Source: Candidatus Krumholzibacteriia bacterium
Lineage (GTDB): Bacteria; Krumholzibacteriota; Krumholzibacteriia; WVZY01; JAKEHA01
Direction: 5' to 3'
Assembly (NCBI GenBank): GCA_035620655.1
Contig: DASPGK010000278.1
Coordinates: 1 to 26,484, forward strand
Length of the DNA: 26,484 nucleotides
Below the pieces are notes generated by a model, which had not been told where the DNA came from, did not search any database, and saw only the letters and a list, made by a program, of their open reading frames with translations. The translations under genes and the position numbers were made by a program. This document shows, piece after piece, positions 22,521 to 26,484 of the stretch; the stretch's first letter is position 1, and the number at the start of each line of letters is the position of its first letter.

Positions 22521-22591
22521 CGCGGCGGGTCCTGTCGCCGGTCACCCCGCCGCCTGGCGCGGCGGGGGCCCCACCGGCGACACCCGCCGCG
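22521..22591. repeat. 71-nt GC-rich multi-segment inverted repeat
   Basis: 22521-22529 pairs with 22583-22591, 22533-22542 with 22573-22582, and 22545-22553 with 22559-22567 (28 bp in total). No U-tract. Confidence 0.7.
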
Positions 22592-22609
22592 GGATGCTCG
22601 GAGCTATCG

Positions 22610-22618
22610 TGTTAGAAT
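22610..22618 (+). promoter_or_regulatory. Extended -10 promoter candidate for mnmE
   Basis: TG-T-TAGAAT, ending 11 nt before the ATG at 22630; no SD. Confidence 0.5.
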
Positions 22619-22629
22619 CGTAATTCGTC

Positions 22630-24018
22630 ATGCATTCCACCACCGACACCATCGCCGCACTCTCGACCGCTCCCGGTGAAGCCGGGATCGCGGTCATCCG
22701 CGTCTCGGGTCCGGAGGCGCTCGGGGTGCTCGATCGCGTGCTGCGCACGCCGGCCGATCGCCGCTTCGAGGGCGACTGGGAGCACCGACGTCTTTATCAC
22801 GGCGGTTTCTTCGATCCAGCGGGCGAGCGCGTCGACGATGTGATGGCGGCCGTGATGCGCGCACCGGACTCCTATACCGGCGACGACGTGGTCGAGATCA
22901 GCTGCCACGGTGGCAGCGCGGTGGTGGCGCGAATACTCGAGACGTTGTTCGCGAGCGGCGCTCGGCCGGCGCAGCCGGGTGAGTTCACGCAGCGCGCATT
23001 TCTGAACGGCAAGATGGACCTGATCCAGGCCGAAGCGGTCGCCGATATGATCCACGCGCGCACCGAGCTGCAGCGCGTGGTCGCCGAGCGGCAGCTGCGC
23101 GGCGCGCTCTCGCGGCGCATCGACGCACTCGCCGACGACATGATGACGCTCCTGGCCGTGGTCGAGGCGAACATCGATTTCATCGAAGAGGGCATCGACG
23201 CCCTGGACGTCCCGGCCGCACTCGCGACGATCGCGCGCCAGCGCCCGGAGCTCGACGATCTGCTCTCGACCTCGTCGTTGTCGCGGCCGCTGCGCGAAGG
23301 CTACCGCGTGGTCATCGCGGGGCCGGTCAACGCGGGCAAGAGCAGTTTGTTCAACCGCCTGACGGGCGAGCCCCACGCCATCGTGACCGAGATTCCGGGA
23401 ACGACGCGCGACGTCCTGCGCGAGACGGTTGTGATCGAGGGCGTGCCCTTCATCCTGCACGACACGGCCGGGCTCCGCGATGGAACGCCCGACCGGGTCG
23501 AAGCGATCGGCATCGGGCGGGCGGTCGACGCCGCGGAGAGCGCGGACGTCGTCGTGTTCGTGTTGGACGCCTCGGAGCGTGCGCTCGCCGGCGATGTCCG
23601 CGAGGCACTCGCGCGCCTCGACGCGTCGCGCACGCTCGTGGTATGGAACAAGGTGGATCGCGGAGAGGACGTGGACGCCGGGGCTGCCCCTCGCGATATT
23701 GCACACGTTCGCGCTTCGGCCGTGACGGGTCAGGGCGTGGATGAGATCCGGCGAGAGCTGCTCCGACTGGCGGGCTCGGAGGTGCTGGCTCGGACTGCAC
23801 GCGACCGGGCTATCCTCAATGCGCGCCTCGTCACGTTGCTCGCGGACGCTCGTGCCCGACTGGATACCCTGGGCCAAGCGGTCGAGTCACGCGAGCCGCT
23901 CGAGCTCCTCGCGGTCCAGGCGAGAGACGTATTATCGCTATATGAGGAGGCGACGGGACGGCGCTACCATGACGGACTCCTCGACGTGATCTTCTCGCGT
24001 TTCTGCATCGGAAAGTGA
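22630..24018 (+). CDS. mnmE: tRNA modification GTPase MnmE (TrmE)
   Basis: IAALST...GIAVIRVSG, SYTGDDVVEISCHG, G1 GPVNAGKSS, G2 PGTTRD, G3 DTAG, G4 NKVD and C-terminal FSRFCIGK. Confidence 0.98.
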   Translation: MHSTTDTIAALSTAPGEAGIAVIRVSGPEALGVLDRVLRTPADRRFEGDWEHRRLYHGGFFDPAGERVDDVMAAVMRAPDSYTGDDVVEISCHGGSAVVARILETLFASGARPAQPGEFTQRAFLNGKMDLIQAEAVADMIHARTELQRVVAERQLRGALSRRIDALADDMMTLLAVVEANIDFIEEGIDALDVPAALATIARQRPELDDLLSTSSLSRPLREGYRVVIAGPVNAGKSSLFNRLTGEPHAIVTEIPGTTRDVLRETVVIEGVPFILHDTAGLRDGTPDRVEAIGIGRAVDAAESADVVVFVLDASERALAGDVREALARLDASRTLVVWNKVDRGEDVDAGAAPRDIAHVRASAVTGQGVDEIRRELLRLAGSEVLARTARDRAILNARLVTLLADARARLDTLGQAVESREPLELLAVQARDVLSLYEEATGRRYHDGLLDVIFSRFCIGK

Positions 24019-24086
24019 TTGTCAACTTTTCCGAGCGCCGATTGTCACTCTTTCGCGCCGATAATTGTCAACGTAGGATTGTCAAC
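24017..24086. repeat. Four direct (G/A)ATTGTCA(A)C repeats between mnmE and mnmG
   Basis: ATTGTCAAC at 24018, 24064 and 24078, and ATTGTCACT at 24041. Spacings are 23, 23 and 14 nt. Confidence 0.85.
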
Positions 24087-24091
24087 ATTCC

Positions 24092-25957
24092 ATGGATCGA
24101 CGCTTCGACATCATCGTAATCGGCGGCGGGCATGCGGGTTGTGAAGCGGCTCTGGCGGCCGCGCGCATGGGCATGCATGCGCTCCTATCGACGCTCCGGC
24201 GCGATCGGATCGGCCACATGCCGTGCAATCCTGCCGTGGGCGGTCTGGCGAAAGGCCACCTCGTCAAGGAGCTAGACGCGCTGGGCGGCGAAATCGGTCG
24301 GGCCACCGACCGGGCCGGCATCCAATTCCGGATGCTCAACCGCGCGAAGGGCCCGGCCGTCTGGTCGCCGCGTGCTCAAGTTGACAAAGTGATCTACAGC
24401 CGGATCATGCGCGAGACACTCGAGGCCCAGCCCGGACTCACCATCGTCGAGGGCGAGATCGTCGATCTGATTGTCAATCAGGGCGCGTTCGTGGGCGTTC
24501 GGTTCGCAAGCGGCGAGATTGTCAACGCCGGCGCCTGCGTCCTCACGACGGGCACGTTCCTGCGGGGGCTGATGCACACCGGCGACCGCCGGACCGACGG
24601 CGGCCGCGAGGGCGAGCCGCCCGCCGCGACCCTGTCGGAGAGCCTTCGATCGCTCGGCCTTCGCATGGGCCGTTTGAAGACCGGCACGCCGCCGCGCGTT
24701 TTTCGCGACAGCGTCGATCTTTCGCGGATCGACCCCCAACCCGGGGACGACCCGCCGGCCCCATTCTCCTACCGCACCGCCCGCATCGAGCTGCCGCAGG
24801 TGCCGTGTCACCTCACCTACACGAGCGAGGCCACCCACGAGGTTATTCGGCGCAATCTCCATCGGTCGCCGCTCTACGGCGGTGCCATCGAGGGCATCGG
24901 CCCGCGCTACTGTCCGTCGATCGAGGACAAAGTGGTTCGCTTCGCGGACAAGGATCGCCACCAGGTCTTCATCGAGCCGGAGGGACTCGACCATCCCGAG
25001 CTCTACTTGAACGGGATCTCCACCAGCTTGCCGGTCGACGTCCAGCTTGAGATCCTGTCGTCGATTCCGGGGCTGGAGTCGGCGCGGATGGCCCGGCCGG
25101 GCTATGCGGTCGAGTACGACTTCTTCCCGCCCGACCAACTCCACCGCACCATGGAGTCGAAATGCATCGAGCGGCTCTACTTCGCCGGGCAGGTCAACGG
25201 CACGTCGGGCTACGAGGAAGCCGCGGCGCAAGGCTTCCTCGCCGGAGTCAATGCGGTGCTGAAGATCCAGGGCGAAGCACCCTTCGTCCCGCGCCGCAAC
25301 GAAGCCTACCTCGGCGTGCTGGTCGACGACCTCACCACCAAGGAGATCGACGAGCCCTACCGCATGTTCACGAGCCGCGCGGAGTTTCGCCTCGTGCTTC
25401 GCCAGGACAACGCGGACGAGCGCCTGATGGCGACCGGGCACCGCTTCGGACTCGTGCCCGAGCGCGCGCTCGCAACCGTCCGCGAGCGCGTTCGCCGCGT
25501 CGACGAGGTTGTCGATGCGCTGGGTCGGCGGGGCTTTCCCGCGCGCGAGGGTGCGGCGCGCTTCGACGAATGGGGCCTCGAACCGGTTCGCCACGGCACG
25601 ACGCTGCGCGACGTCCTGCGTCGGCCGGGGGTTCGGCTCGCACACTTGCGCGATCTCGCGGGCCTGGACTGCGCGCCCTCACTCGACGACGCGGTCGAGT
25701 GCCGCGTGAAGTACGAGGGCTACATCGACCGCCAGGCGCGCGACGTCCAGGCGCTGTCCGACTTGGAAGCGAGACGGATCCCGCCCGACTTCGCGTTCGA
25801 AGCACTCGCGGGCCTGAGCACCGAGGCGCGCGAGAAGCTCCGCATCAAGCGGCCCGAGACGCTGGGCCAAGCATCCCGCATTGCCGGCGTGCGCGCGTCG
25901 GATCTCTCGATTCTCGCGGTTCACGTCGAGCGCGCGCGCCGAACCCACGCCGGATGA
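24092..25957 (+). CDS. mnmG: tRNA uridine-5-carboxymethylaminomethyl modification enzyme MnmG (GidA)
   Basis: IVIGGGHAGCEAA, MPCNPAVGGLAKG, RLKTGTPPR, GPRYCPSIEDK, FAGQVNGTSGYEEAAAQG and YRMFTSRAEFRL. Confidence 0.98.
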   Translation: MDRRFDIIVIGGGHAGCEAALAAARMGMHALLSTLRRDRIGHMPCNPAVGGLAKGHLVKELDALGGEIGRATDRAGIQFRMLNRAKGPAVWSPRAQVDKVIYSRIMRETLEAQPGLTIVEGEIVDLIVNQGAFVGVRFASGEIVNAGACVLTTGTFLRGLMHTGDRRTDGGREGEPPAATLSESLRSLGLRMGRLKTGTPPRVFRDSVDLSRIDPQPGDDPPAPFSYRTARIELPQVPCHLTYTSEATHEVIRRNLHRSPLYGGAIEGIGPRYCPSIEDKVVRFADKDRHQVFIEPEGLDHPELYLNGISTSLPVDVQLEILSSIPGLESARMARPGYAVEYDFFPPDQLHRTMESKCIERLYFAGQVNGTSGYEEAAAQGFLAGVNAVLKIQGEAPFVPRRNEAYLGVLVDDLTTKEIDEPYRMFTSRAEFRLVLRQDNADERLMATGHRFGLVPERALATVRERVRRVDEVVDALGRRGFPAREGAARFDEWGLEPVRHGTTLRDVLRRPGVRLAHLRDLAGLDCAPSLDDAVECRVKYEGYIDRQARDVQALSDLEARRIPPDFAFEALAGLSTEAREKLRIKRPETLGQASRIAGVRASDLSILAVHVERARRTHAG

Positions 25958-26484
25958 GCGTACCCGAGAACGACCTCGAGACCACACTCGCCGACGTCGT
26001 TCGGCTGTTTCCCGCTCTCTCGATCGATCCTCTTCGACGCTACACCCGCGAAATCCTGCGCTGGAACGACGAGATCGGGCTGGTCTCGAGGAAACACCCG
26101 GTCGCGGCATGCCACCGCCTGCTCATCGAGAGCGCGGAGTTCGGGGGCGTGGTGGCGGGCGTACTTGCGCCCGATCGATCGACCGACCTGCGCGTCGCCG
26201 ACGTCGGGTCGGGCGCCGGCTTCCCCGGCTTCGTGTGGCGAATGCTATTTCCCGGCTGGGACCTCGCTCTGATCGAGCGCCGCGAGAAGAAAGCCGTCTT
26301 CCTAGAGCAGATCGTCCGCCAGTTTTCGTTTTCGCGCGTGGAGGTCTTCGCGGGCGACGCGCGCGCTGCATCGCACCTCGAGCGCTACCGCGCGTCGTTC
26401 GACGTCGTCGCGACGATGGCGGTCGGCGCGCCCTCGCGGACCGCACCCGAGATCGAAGACCTCCTCGTTGCCGGAGGCGTCTTC
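25954..26484 (+). CDS. rsmG: 16S rRNA m7G527 methyltransferase RsmG (GidB)-like, divergent; 3' end runs off the window
   Basis: Not in the ORF track (no stop). ATG overlaps the mnmG stop (ATGA). SAM motif DVGSGAGFPG and LIERREKKAVFL are present; usual position after mnmG. Confidence 0.85.
   Translation, partial: MSVPENDLETTLADVVRLFPALSIDPLRRYTREILRWNDEIGLVSRKHPVAACHRLLIESAEFGGVVAGVLAPDRSTDLRVADVGSGAGFPGFVWRMLFPGWDLALIERREKKAVFLEQIVRQFSFSRVEVFAGDARAASHLERYRASFDVVATMAVGAPSRTAPEIEDLLVAGGVF

Noticed and set aside
24017-24086. The 23-nt periodic repeats read as a mini-CRISPR or as antisense TTGACA promoters
   Set aside because: The repeats are about 10 nt with short, partly similar spacers and no cas genes. 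None of the three minus-strand TTGACA hexamers has a plausible -10 at 16-18 nt.

Overview
This window is the chromosomal replication-origin region of a GC-rich diderm bacterium. A TonB-dependent receptor with a DUF4249-like lipoprotein, a secreted protein ending in a PNPF-type C-terminal domain and a long periplasmic YidC suggest an FCB-associated lineage; that is inference only. The minus arm reads dnaA-dnaN-recF-dciA-gyrB, then a three-gene interruption (class I/II aminotransferase, a Ser/Thr kinase with PD40 propellers on the opposite strand, a PGPGW-type membrane protein), then gyrA-rex and a secreted Ca-motif protein cut by the left edge. The plus arm reads rpmH-rnpA-yidD-yidC-jag(khpB), an inserted TBDR plus lipoprotein pair, then mnmE-mnmG-rsmG (cut by the right edge). 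DnaA boxes flank dnaA on both sides, and a tandem-box plus DnaA-trio unwinding element lies between dnaA and dnaN. I saw no tRNA, rRNA, CRISPR array, transposase or canonical parS. The proteins are mostly housekeeping, so the unusual signal is mainly cis-acting: (1) a 49-nt element shared without gaps (31/49 identical) upstream of the separated gyrA and dciA-gyrB units; (2) a cluster of (A)TTGTCAAC motifs at the mnmE-mnmG junction and inside mnmG; (3) an exact 15-bp inverted repeat in both origin halves flanking dnaA; (4) a Rex-like operator just downstream of the predicted gyrA-rex promoter; (5) an RsmG lacking two normally conserved residues. All family calls come from motif recognition by eye, not database searches. 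All regulatory roles are hypotheses.
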